Shown: positions 10,251-19,659 of the stretch, in pieces
Layout of the letters: every line of letters starts with the position of its first letter
Position numbering within the stretch: the stretch's first letter is position 1
Assembly (NCBI GenBank): GCA_963662285.2
Contig: CAXXMV010000008.1
Coordinates: 608,001 to 672,000, forward strand
Origin: a bacterium
GTDB lineage: Bacteria; Hinthialibacterota; Hinthialibacteria; Hinthialibacterales; Hinthialibacteraceae
DNA: 64,000 nucleotides
Direction: 5' to 3'
The notes under the pieces: model-generated
Seen by the model: the letters and a program-made list of their open reading frames with translations, nothing else
Databases searched by the model: none
What the model was told of the DNA's origin: nothing
Translations under genes and position numbers: made by a program

Positions 10251-10642
10251 TCACCTAAATCTAAACCGATAGATATAGGAAATGATAAGATATAAAAAGG
10301 GGGGTAAAATGAAAAGCCCCCCCCCACTCAATATTACAATTCTAATTATCTGGGCAAGATCCTAAAGAATCATCGTCTGGAGCATCACAATCACCCAGTG
10401 GAATATCATTACCTTCTGAACATCGATTCATCAAGGTATCATCATTGTTACCTTCTAGAGCACAATATTCGTACTCTAATATAGCATCATCAACATGATA
10501 ATTTTTTATATCGACTGTGTTATGTTGACCACTTACATACTGACACCTTTCGCAATCGCTGTTATCGTTAATTACAGTAGCAACGCAAATGTTACAATCA
10601 TCATCATCATCACAAGTTACTTTTGCTGGACAATAATGACAG

Positions 10643-12180
10643 GTAACGATTTAGTTTTCTGAAAAAATAAATTACACCAAGCGTTACTTCGGAGGCGGTT
10701 TCGAAGTTAGTAGTAGTATGAACCGAAACCGAGAGACCGCTCAGAGAATCCTCCGGGAAATCCTGGAGGGCGTCCGGGCACTGAACGAAGAGGCGATCCG
10801 CGCCCTCGTCCAGGAGGACCCGGAAGCGGCGGTGTTTCTTATCCTCGAACAGGCTCTCCGCCTGAAGAAGTTTCTGGCGGCCCAAGAGGCCAAGAAAGCC
10901 AGCACCCCGTCCGGGATGGTTCCTCCCTACGAGAAACCCGCCAAAGATAAAAAGGGAAAAAAGGATAAGCGGGGGCGAAAACCCGGCCATCCGGGAAGCG
11001 GACGCAAGAAAAATCCCAATATCACGAAAACCGTCCAACATCCTCCGCTGGAACGATGCCCGGATTGCGGAGGTCCCGTCACTCCTTGCCAGAGCGAGAA
11101 AGCCAAACGAACCCGCGTGATCGAAGACATCCCGGCGAATATCGAACCGGAGGTCACCGCGCACGAAATTCCCCGCAGTTATTGCCCGCACTGCAAAAAA
11201 CTGGTGGAGCCCAAAGTCGAAGACGCGCTGCCCAACGCGCGACTGGGAAATCGAGCGTTGGCCCTGTCCGCCCATTGGCACTATGGACTGGGAATGCCCT
11301 CCCGGCAGATCGTCGACCTCCTGAGCGAACACCTGAACACCGTCGTCTCTCCGGGAGGATTGTTCGGCATGTGGAAGCGCCTGGCCGACTGGCTGCAACC
11401 ATGGTGCGAGCAATTGATCGATGAAATGCTGGAAAGCGCGGTCCTGCATGCGGACGAAACCGGTTGGCGCGTCAACGGGAAAACGCACTGGCTCTGGTGT
11501 TTCACCAACCAGGACGCCACGTTTTACATGATTCATCCCAGCCGGGGCGATCCGGCGCTGTTCGAATTTTTTCGGGAGACCTTCGAGGGCGTTCTGGTGA
11601 GCGATTTCTGGGCGTGTTACGCGCACGTCGACTCGACGCATCAGTATTGCCTGGCGCATTTGTTGCGCGAATTCAAGAAGGTGGATGGAGCCAACGCGTC
11701 GGCGGATTGGAAGGAATTTTCCAAGAAAGCGAAGCGGTTGTTCGGCGACGCGCTTCGATTGTACCATCGGGAAGGATACGATCCCCAGATGTTTCAATCG
11801 CGCATCGACCGGCTGCACGAACGATTGATTGATTTGATGCTGATTCAATCCGCAGACCGGGACGTCAAACGAATCGCCGCGCGCCTGGAAAAATACTGGG
11901 ACGAACTGTTGGTCTTTTTGAGCCATCCGGATGTTCCTCCCACCAACAATCACGGCGAACGGGAAATTCGCCCGGCGGTGATTATGCGCAAGACGATTCA
12001 GGGGAACCAAAGCGAAGCGGGCGCGAAAGCGCAGTCGATCCTGATGACGGTTTTTCGCACACTCAAACGCCGCGGCTACAATCCGGTGGACACCGTCGTG
12101 GACGCCCTGAAAACCGCTATCCGCACTGGGCAATTGCCCCCTTTACCTCCTCCACTGTCTTCAAACAACTAAATCGTTAC
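10643..12180 (+). mobile_element. IS66-family insertion sequence, single-ORF (ISBst12-like) type, 1538 bp
   Basis: TIRs GTAACGATTTAGTT (10643-10656 / 12167-12180); 8-bp TSD AATGACAG at 10635-10642 and 12181-12188; markedly GC-rich against AT-rich flanks. Confidence 0.96.
10718..12172 (+). CDS. IS66 family transposase
   Basis: STPSGMVPPY, GRKPGHPG, zinc ribbon CPDCGG...CPHC, HADETGW, LVSDFW, QYCLAHLLRE and PPTNNHGEREIR. Confidence 0.96.
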   Translation: MNRNRETAQRILREILEGVRALNEEAIRALVQEDPEAAVFLILEQALRLKKFLAAQEAKKASTPSGMVPPYEKPAKDKKGKKDKRGRKPGHPGSGRKKNPNITKTVQHPPLERCPDCGGPVTPCQSEKAKRTRVIEDIPANIEPEVTAHEIPRSYCPHCKKLVEPKVEDALPNARLGNRALALSAHWHYGLGMPSRQIVDLLSEHLNTVVSPGGLFGMWKRLADWLQPWCEQLIDEMLESAVLHADETGWRVNGKTHWLWCFTNQDATFYMIHPSRGDPALFEFFRETFEGVLVSDFWACYAHVDSTHQYCLAHLLREFKKVDGANASADWKEFSKKAKRLFGDALRLYHREGYDPQMFQSRIDRLHERLIDLMLIQSADRDVKRIAARLEKYWDELLVFLSHPDVPPTNNHGEREIRPAVIMRKTIQGNQSEAGAKAQSILMTVFRTLKRRGYNPVDTVVDALKTAIRTGQLPPLPPPLSSNN

Positions 12181-12401
12181 AATGACAGTAATACTCGGTC
12201 CACCAAGCATCAGCAACATTACCCCAACCATTACCATAAAAATTCACAGTATTATTTTCTAAAACATTAGCACAACTATGTGATATACATTTTCCATCAC
12301 AACTTATTGTTGCCAAATACTGTGAATGGACTTGTAAAACAGGTGACATAGATAGAATACCTATAATCAGGGCATATATACAAAAACTTTTTTTTCTCGC
12401 T

Positions 12402-13187
12402 CTATGATTCATCATTTATTTCCTCCTTTACAATTGTTACTTTCTCAAGCTTAAAATCTACTACGTTTTCTATCTTCTTTGTATCTTTACCAAAACTTCT
12501 CACAAAATGCTCGAGTATATATGTTCTTCCGTGGGATTTACAAAAAACTGCTTCTCTAATAAATTTTTCATTTGAAGATATTACAAATATATTCAGTTTA
12601 TCTCCAATTTGGTTAATTGAGAATTTACTATTCACTTTTTTTCGTCCATTCTCAATTTGTGCTTGATGGAACATACATTGCGATTCCAGGAATACTTGTA
12701 AGAAAAAATCATCACAAATATTCAATCCAATTGGATTATAATCGCATTTCTTTTTTGTTGGTTCTTCATTTTCATTTTTGAAACTATGATTAATATATTC
12801 AGTTATATATTTACCATCGCATCTTATCTTTTTCTTCTTTGGGAAATCAGTCTTGTGAAATACAACAGCATTATTCACTGGCGGATAATAGTCATCCATT
12901 TGAAATGAAATTAACTTATCCCCTTCTACTACCACAAGTATTTTAAATGGAAACTTAATAGAGTCACCTGAATTGTATCTGTTATGTAAATGATTGAGGA
13001 ATGCGTCGTTCTTCACTCCTTTTAAATCCATATGTTGCTGTATACTCCTCTTCACACTATCACTATTCGGCATGGTTTTATATGTAACATTATACTCTAA
13101 AAGCATTTCGATAGCGCTTGATTCATTTAAGGAACACCAAAAGACTAATAAACCTGTTAGTATGGTAATTTTCAATAAATCAATCAT
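12402..13187 (-). CDS. Exported hypothetical protein
   Basis: 261-aa ORF with signal peptide (MIDLLKITILTGLLVFWCSLNESSA); AAGGTG RBS; overlaps the start of the Cys-rich gene. Confidence 0.7.
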   Translation of the reverse strand: MIDLLKITILTGLLVFWCSLNESSAIEMLLEYNVTYKTMPNSDSVKRSIQQHMDLKGVKNDAFLNHLHNRYNSGDSIKFPFKILVVVEGDKLISFQMDDYYPPVNNAVVFHKTDFPKKKKIRCDGKYITEYINHSFKNENEEPTKKKCDYNPIGLNICDDFFLQVFLESQCMFHQAQIENGRKKVNSKFSINQIGDKLNIFVISSNEKFIREAVFCKSHGRTYILEHFVRSFGKDTKKIENVVDFKLEKVTIVKEEINDES

Positions 13188-13209
13188 TTTTGATCACCTT
13201 ATAATCCTT

Positions 13210-14235
13210 TCATGGTTTTACAATTGCGGTTATTGGAACTATTCGTTCTAAACCATTATTAAAAAACAATTTAACCTGACATGATCTAACACCCCCTTTC
13301 GTTTTATCAGATCTATATATCATTATAAAATCAATTATATTTTGATAATCATTTTCCTTTTCATTAGTCTTATTGCAAGACCACTCATTCTTATTCCCCA
13401 TAATTTCAACTTTAAGCAGTGATACGTTTGGATCGGATATTATACATTTAAACTCTCTTTGACTTTCAGATAACGGATCAACTAATCCCATAAAAATAGA
13501 AGATGGATCAAACATTATTTCATCTTTATATGAAAAAGTAATGGGTATAGTTATTTCCTTGTAAACATGATTATTATCACTAAATAAAAGATATATGAAA
13601 TCAAATTCAAAGTTCTTTTTTAAAGTATGTTCATGTAAATGATATATAAATGTATACTTTTCTATATGATCACTATTTTTTAGTATTTTATATGTAACTT
13701 TACCAATATCTGTACGCTTATTATTAACTGAGACCAACATGGGTAATGACTCAGTTGTTTTATGTTTTAATATACTAAATGTGTAACTAGCATCGAAAGA
13801 TTTTTTATTGCAATCAAAATCTAGTTTAAACGGTTCAAGTATAAACCAGGGTACAGATACTCCTTTTAAGGTTATATATATTTCTTTATCTTGATTTTCT
13901 GGAAGAAAGGTTATTTTATGAAAAAAAGGACCAAGTGACATTGTTTCTGCTGTGACAGATAATATCAGTTCTTCTTCAGGCCTCAAACTTTTTGGTATAT
14001 CAGAAGTAATACATCCACATGTTGATTTAACACTTTTAAATCGTACATATTCATTTGAAAGATTCTTTATTTTATAGTTTTTAATATATATGCATTTTTC
14101 ATATACATCCCCTAAATTTATTTCTTCAGGAGTTATTGAAATTTTACTTTTTTCTTGACATCCTATATTTTGTATATTTATAAGTATTAGAAATACTAAC
14201 AATATAAATTCACGCATATTAATTTTAATCTTCAT
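13210..14235 (-). CDS. DUF1573 domain-containing exported / lipoprotein
   Basis: INLGDV...YKIKNLSNEYVRFKSVKSTCGCITSDIPKSLRPEE is a typical DUF1573 Ig-like domain with CGC. Start moved to ATG 14235 (GAGG RBS, overlaps the upstream gene end). Confidence 0.82.
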   Translation of the reverse strand: MKIKINMREFILLVFLILINIQNIGCQEKSKISITPEEINLGDVYEKCIYIKNYKIKNLSNEYVRFKSVKSTCGCITSDIPKSLRPEEELILSVTAETMSLGPFFHKITFLPENQDKEIYITLKGVSVPWFILEPFKLDFDCNKKSFDASYTFSILKHKTTESLPMLVSVNNKRTDIGKVTYKILKNSDHIEKYTFIYHLHEHTLKKNFEFDFIYLLFSDNNHVYKEITIPITFSYKDEIMFDPSSIFMGLVDPLSESQREFKCIISDPNVSLLKVEIMGNKNEWSCNKTNEKENDYQNIIDFIMIYRSDKTKGGVRSCQVKLFFNNGLERIVPITAIVKP

Positions 14236-15799
14236 TTGCGATAACCTCTTTTGGACAGAAAATATATGCACTTTCATCTTTATAACATAATTCATAATAA
14301 GCACTATTTATAAAATTGGATATCAAAAGGTAGGACAACGAATAATTAATACGACTTATATAAACAAAATCAATCTTTTTACCTTGAATCTGAATAGGGA
14401 CAAGTGTATGATCTCTACTACTTGCTAACTCATCCAATTTATTATAGACGCTCTCATTCTGTCGACGAAGAAAATCAGGCTCTAAACCATTTACATATTG
14501 TGCATAAGGTTGATTAAAATATAATGCTGGGAATGAAGAATATGGGAAATTTAGAATAAAATCACCATCATTACTATTCTTTGCAATCCATTCCAAAGAT
14601 TTTCTCTGTTCATTATCCCTGATTAAAAAATTGTTATTAACACTAGTTACTAACATATAAAAATTTATAATAAATATTAATATGCATATCATTTTAACAT
14701 TCAGAAACATCCTGTATAAATATTTATCTTTATTGATTTGCCTATTAATCACTATACTAGAAAACAAACAGAATGTTGGAATAAAATACTCAATCATACG
14801 AACATATCTAAGTATTGCGAGGAAGAAAAGAAGTGAACTGATAAATAAAAAAGTATCAGTATTATTAAATTTATTTTTTTTGTAATAAAAAATTTTTGCA
14901 ATTAATATGAAAAAAAAGAAGAAAATATATGGCAATAACCACAGACAAATATCGTATACACCCATATGATTCCATTCAACGTTAATTGACAATGTTGGAT
15001 TATACCAATTCAATCTCGACATGACATAATTCATCAAAAAAAATATATTATCAGGAAAGTAAGGTGTTAATATAAGCCCTAAAGCAAATCCAATTAGACA
15101 ATACAAAAAACATTTATTTGTATAAAATATAAATTTATTTTGAGAATTCAAGATAGCATAAAAACCGGAATTAATCAGAAATATTATGGATCCATAATAA
15201 AACAAAGTATATAAATACATAGTTATCAATATCATTTTATACTTGTAATTCAATAAGAAATATAGACATAAAAGATAAAATGTAATTGATAATGCATTTA
15301 CTCTCAATAGTGCCAAACGGTAAAGCATAACATTAGATAGAAGCATGCAACAAAAAGTCCAAAACAATGAGTGTTTCACACCTAATTTATTGGAAACAAG
15401 CCAATAAATTACTATAAATAAATATAGAAATGTAAATCTTCCTATCCGTGGTCCATATTCATCACCCACAACAGTTATAAAAGATAAAGTTTTATGAAAT
15501 AACCAATGATGATCAATGAAATCGTTTTGATAAATAGTTAATGGCAACGCCTCAAAAGAAAAACCCTTTTGGGAAGAGATAGAAGAGTAACGCCAATGAA
15601 AATACCCATCGTATCCAATAAATGATGGAATAATAGATACGAAAATAAATGAAAATGAGGCAAAATATATTAATCCATAAATAATTTGCTTATTAATTAT
15701 TATTCTGCTAATTAATGCATATATATTAAGTGGCGATAGAAATGAAGGAATTTCCAGTTTTGAATCACTTTCTATAATATTTACTTGATAGATAAGCAT
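14225..15799 (-). CDS. Polytopic membrane protein, GT-C-fold glycosyltransferase-like
   Basis: About 11-13 hydrophobic segments; acidic first loop (GYDGYFH...FIDHHWLFH); soluble C-terminal domain SLEWIAKNS...ILNF...YVNGLEP. Confidence 0.6.
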   Translation of the reverse strand: MLIYQVNIIESDSKLEIPSFLSPLNIYALISRIIINKQIIYGLIYFASFSFIFVSIIPSFIGYDGYFHWRYSSISSQKGFSFEALPLTIYQNDFIDHHWLFHKTLSFITVVGDEYGPRIGRFTFLYLFIVIYWLVSNKLGVKHSLFWTFCCMLLSNVMLYRLALLRVNALSITFYLLCLYFLLNYKYKMILITMYLYTLFYYGSIIFLINSGFYAILNSQNKFIFYTNKCFLYCLIGFALGLILTPYFPDNIFFLMNYVMSRLNWYNPTLSINVEWNHMGVYDICLWLLPYIFFFFFILIAKIFYYKKNKFNNTDTFLFISSLLFFLAILRYVRMIEYFIPTFCLFSSIVINRQINKDKYLYRMFLNVKMICILIFIINFYMLVTSVNNNFLIRDNEQRKSLEWIAKNSNDGDFILNFPYSSFPALYFNQPYAQYVNGLEPDFLRRQNESVYNKLDELASSRDHTLVPIQIQGKKIDFVYISRINYSLSYLLISNFINSAYYELCYKDESAYIFCPKEVIANED

Positions 15800-15926
15800 A
15801 TTGATATTTTATAACATATAGAAAAAATAGATATGATCTAAAAATAGTCATATTTATTATATCTTGATAAAATAGATATATCAACTAAAATCTCCCCGGA
15901 GTAAGCTATACTAGCTGATGCTTTTT

Positions 15927-16124
15927 TCAATCCTGCATAAGACAATATCCTTTATTAGAACACTTAATATCGAATCCGGCATTTCTTAACTTATTGATAT
16001 CCCTATGGATGCATTGTTTGGAAACACCAAAATAGAGGCCAAGTTTACCGCAGGTCCACTTATTAGGTTCTTTTTCGAGTAATTCAATAATTTTGAAATA
16101 TCGCTTAAGATTTGTATTTCCCAT
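15927..16124 (-). CDS. Stand-alone HTH_11 (BirA/YafY-like) helix-turn-helix protein
   Basis: RYFKIIELL...LGLYFGVSKQCIHRDINKLRNAGFDI...KGY; AAGGA RBS; no WYL domain follows. Confidence 0.75.
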   Translation of the reverse strand: MGNTNLKRYFKIIELLEKEPNKWTCGKLGLYFGVSKQCIHRDINKLRNAGFDIKCSNKGYCLMQD

Positions 16125-16539
16125 AGATATGTATCATCCTTTTCGATATTTAGTAACCTAAGATGCATTAATATCAACAATAACTTGGTTGTATTCAGAA
16201 TACAAGTTATTTATTTTAATTGGCTACAAATATATAACCATAAAATATTTGATGGAATAAAAATAATAATACTAAAATATTATTAATTCATTTGCATTAA
16301 AAGAAACAGAGTGTCTGTATTCTTATGGCGTAATAATTCACAAGAGATAATCGCCCATGCGTCTTGCTTATGGGATACCAAGGCTAGACCATATATCTAT
16401 CAATCCTTGATGCTATAACCTTAGATTTTGATAATTACTCATGAACTGGCTTAGCATTGTTCTTGGCGCCCATCACTCATCAAAAAACAAAGCATATAAT
16501 AAGAACGGTTTAAAAGATAAAAAAAAGGAGAAATGCAAA

Positions 16540-18564
16540 GTGTTGGGAATATTTGAACCAATCCTGCGGGCGGCATCCGCAGATAAAATTAGAGAGCATG
16601 CTCAATCTATTTGGGTCAATAACAGATATTTTGATTTTACTCATTTCCTCAGAAGCGCCGATTATATTGAATCAGCGCTTAAAGATTTTGGTCTGGAGAC
16701 TGACCGGATCGAACTGCCCGCCGATGGAGAGACCAGGTACGGCGACGCTGTCATGCCTTTAGCCTGGGATTGCGAACAGGCTGAACTATCGATTATTGCG
16801 CCCAGACAGCAGGTTCTCTATAACCGCGACGAACAGCCTACCTGCATCGGCATGTGGTCTCCGGCTACCCAGTCTGATGGGATCGAAGCCGGGGTACTGT
16901 GTCTGTCAACCGGAGAACCAGGCGAACTGGAGAATAAAGACGCCAAAGGCATGTTCATCTATACTCCGGGACGACCTGACGTTATCCGGGAACTGGCCGT
17001 CAAACAGGAAGCGGCTGGCATAATCAGCAGTTGGAGTCCGGCGCCTAATGATAGTGAATCGCTGCAATGGATATTCAGGAATTCCAATATTCCCGGAGGG
17101 TGGGGACCGAAAAAAGATGAAACGCCATTATTACTGTTAGCTGTTTCAAAAAAAATCGGCGCAGATATAGAGCAACTGGCCTCTGAAGAATCTTTGCTGC
17201 TATGCGCTAAAGTGCAATCCCGGCTTTACAGCGGAAAACTGCCAATGATCAGCGGTTTGATCCCCGGCGACCCCGGTGAGGAAGAAATATTGATATATGC
17301 TCCAGCCTACGGTCAGGGAGCGCATTTCAACGCCGCCTCCAGCGCCGCAATGCTGGAATCAGCCCGCATACTATCAAGCCAGATTGAAGCAGGAACCATG
17401 CCGCGCCCGCTATTGGGCATACGTTTTCTATTTGCGCCCAAACTATATGGTTCGCTGGCCTTCGCGCGAGAGCGCAAGGATATTCTGAAGCGCACCCGGT
17501 ACGCCATCAATCTTGAATCAGGCGCTGGTAACCCTGATGCATCATGGAGCCGGTGGAGTTACCGCTTCGCGCCCATGTTCCAGCGTCATTACGCCGACGG
17601 ACTGGCGCAGCGTCTGTTCCAGCAGTATATCCATTTCATCCGTCCCCAGAGATTTATGGAAACCCGTGAACTGGCGTTAAACGCAGATGTATATTTCAAT
17701 GATCCCATCATCGGAGTGCCGACCCACTGGCTGTATGGAGGCACGGATGACGAATGCCGCCATAGCAGCGCTGATACCATTAATACTATTGACTCCCGAT
17801 CCTTGATCGATCTGGCCACCGCCCCGTTAGCAATGGCCTATACTATGGCCTCAATCGGCATCGGAGACATGCCTGACATTGCGCAATGGAACTTCAACCT
17901 GTCTCATGAACGCATAATCAAAGACCTGCAACAGTTTACGGATCGCGCCAAAGAGGCCCAAAATCTAAGCGATTTGAACGAATTGCTTGGTGAAGCGTCC
18001 AGACATTTCCCCTTACGCGCAGCAATGGAATCGAAAGGAATGTTGACCTTATCAGAAATGGGTGAAGGAGCAGAGGATCAGATTGATTGGGAAGCCATAA
18101 CCGAACTCTGCCAAGCGCTTAATGATGCCAGCGAAACCGCACAGAAAGTGCTGCGCACTCATGTCAACGTCCGTGCTGATGAATTGAATATTGCTCTACC
18201 TGAAATTGAAGTTGCGAAAGAGGTTGTTGAAGACGAACGCGTCCCCATAAGAACTGGAGACGCGCTCGGAACTATTACATTGGATTCATTGCCCTATGAA
18301 GAGTGGACTACTCCGGTAAAACAATCGCCGCGCAGCAACCTGCCCTACATCATGGCATGGTGGCTGGTGGACGGGACGCGGAATATCGGGCAGATTCAAC
18401 AACTTATTCAGTTTGAAACCACCCGCTACCGCGAATGCATCCCCGCTTGGTTCAATTTCCTGGAGAAGCACGGTTATGTAATAATCAAAAAAGACGAAGA
18501 AAACCGGGATGAATCCCAGATCAATGCCCAGGATCAACCAGAGGATGATTCAACACCCGAATAA
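16540..18564 (+). CDS. DUF4910 / M28-peptidase-like protein with degenerate metal-binding motifs
   Basis: LPADG...MPLAWD, PA-like insert, HSSADT and C-terminal DGTR wHTH-like region. GTG start at 16540 chosen for the AAGGAG RBS. Confidence 0.7.
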   Translation: MLGIFEPILRAASADKIREHAQSIWVNNRYFDFTHFLRSADYIESALKDFGLETDRIELPADGETRYGDAVMPLAWDCEQAELSIIAPRQQVLYNRDEQPTCIGMWSPATQSDGIEAGVLCLSTGEPGELENKDAKGMFIYTPGRPDVIRELAVKQEAAGIISSWSPAPNDSESLQWIFRNSNIPGGWGPKKDETPLLLLAVSKKIGADIEQLASEESLLLCAKVQSRLYSGKLPMISGLIPGDPGEEEILIYAPAYGQGAHFNAASSAAMLESARILSSQIEAGTMPRPLLGIRFLFAPKLYGSLAFARERKDILKRTRYAINLESGAGNPDASWSRWSYRFAPMFQRHYADGLAQRLFQQYIHFIRPQRFMETRELALNADVYFNDPIIGVPTHWLYGGTDDECRHSSADTINTIDSRSLIDLATAPLAMAYTMASIGIGDMPDIAQWNFNLSHERIIKDLQQFTDRAKEAQNLSDLNELLGEASRHFPLRAAMESKGMLTLSEMGEGAEDQIDWEAITELCQALNDASETAQKVLRTHVNVRADELNIALPEIEVAKEVVEDERVPIRTGDALGTITLDSLPYEEWTTPVKQSPRSNLPYIMAWWLVDGTRNIGQIQQLIQFETTRYRECIPAWFNFLEKHGYVIIKKDEENRDESQINAQDQPEDDSTPE

Positions 18565-18574
18565 TTCACAAGGT

Positions 18575-19573
18575 CTAAACGGCTACGCTTTTTCCTTCCA
18601 AACGTTTCCAGGCGATGGCGGCTGCTCCGAGTATTCCGGAGTCGTCGCCCAACGCCGCTGGAACAATATCAACATTTTGATGGATAATGGGGAAACTATT
18701 GGCCTTGGCGTATTCTATAATAACCGGCATCAGTTCTTTATCCATCGCTTCGATCAATCCACCACCGATAATCACTTTTTCGGGGCTTAGAATATTCAAC
18801 AAACTGCCTATTGCAACGCCAGTCAGTTTAGCCGCGCGATTCAGTTCCTTGACGACAAGTTTATCATCAGCTTCGTAGGCTATTTTAAATATTTTACTGG
18901 TTAATTTTTCCCAGTTATCGCCGATCAACTCCGTAAGAATGGTGGTTTTACCTTTAGCTACAGCTTTTTGAAAATACTTAATCATGGCCGTTTTACTGGC
19001 GTATGCTTCCAGGCAGCCATGCATTCCACAGCCGCACTTGGCGCCGAATGCGCGCACTTTCAAATGCCCCAGTTCACCGGCATTGAAACTATGTCCATGC
19101 AATAGTTTGCCATCGACGATAACACCGCCGCCGATGCCGGTTCCCAAAAAGAGACCGACGATATGTTTACAGCCCTGTCCGGCGCCATATACGAACTCAC
19201 CGAATGTTCCCACATTGACATCATTATCCAGAAATGAAGGGACGCCAAGTTCGTTGCTGACAAAATCAGTAATACAGGCTCCGGTCAGATTAAGGTTGGG
19301 TGTTTCAATCACCATTCCCTTTTCAGGATCAAGAGGTCCCGGCGATCCGATGCCAATGCCCTTAATCTCATCAAAAGAGATATCCGCTTTTTCAACGGCT
19401 TCAATACAGACCGATGTCAAACGCCCCAGGATTTCTTCAGCAGGACGCTCCGCCTTGGTTTTCTTTTTAGCCCGGCTGAGGATTCCACCATCTTCATCAA
19501 TTACAGCCGCCAGTATTTTCGTCCCGCCCAGATCCACGCCTATGACGTATTTCTTGTCAATATTTTTCGACAT
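18575..19573 (-). CDS. ROK family sugar kinase (glucokinase-like)
   Basis: GVDLGGTKI, DNDVN, GTGIGGG and AGELGH...CGCGMHGCLEAYAS motifs. Confidence 0.93.
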   Translation of the reverse strand: MSKNIDKKYVIGVDLGGTKILAAVIDEDGGILSRAKKKTKAERPAEEILGRLTSVCIEAVEKADISFDEIKGIGIGSPGPLDPEKGMVIETPNLNLTGACITDFVSNELGVPSFLDNDVNVGTFGEFVYGAGQGCKHIVGLFLGTGIGGGVIVDGKLLHGHSFNAGELGHLKVRAFGAKCGCGMHGCLEAYASKTAMIKYFQKAVAKGKTTILTELIGDNWEKLTSKIFKIAYEADDKLVVKELNRAAKLTGVAIGSLLNILSPEKVIIGGGLIEAMDKELMPVIIEYAKANSFPIIHQNVDIVPAALGDDSGILGAAAIAWKRLEGKSVAV

Positions 19574-19659
19574 TCCTGTACCTCGCTCTATTTTTCAACG
19601 TTATACCACTATTAGAACTATTGCCTGCAAATCTATATTTATCGCACGAACAAAAACGG

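Larger units (their letters stand above)
10342..12415 (-). pseudogene. Exported cysteine-rich acidic protein (175 aa reconstructed), interrupted by IS66
   Basis: Joining 12415-12189 to 10642-10342 (IS and one TSD copy removed) gives 528 nt with no internal stop, ending TAG at 10344-10342. Strong AAGGAGG RBS, signal peptide, 14 Cys in the mature part. Confidence 0.88.

Noticed and set aside
10342-10642. CxxC motifs in the Cys-rich protein as heme c sites or a classic RiPP core
   Set aside because: No CxxCH motif, and no radical SAM, LanM, YcaO or C39 transporter gene in the island.
10610-12133. 507-aa minus-strand ORF
   Set aside because: Antisense shadow of the GC-rich IS66 transposase; no recognisable motifs.
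12161-12415. 84-aa ORF treated as a complete small protein
   Set aside because: Its last residues are read from the IS end; it is the 5' half of the interrupted 175-aa gene.
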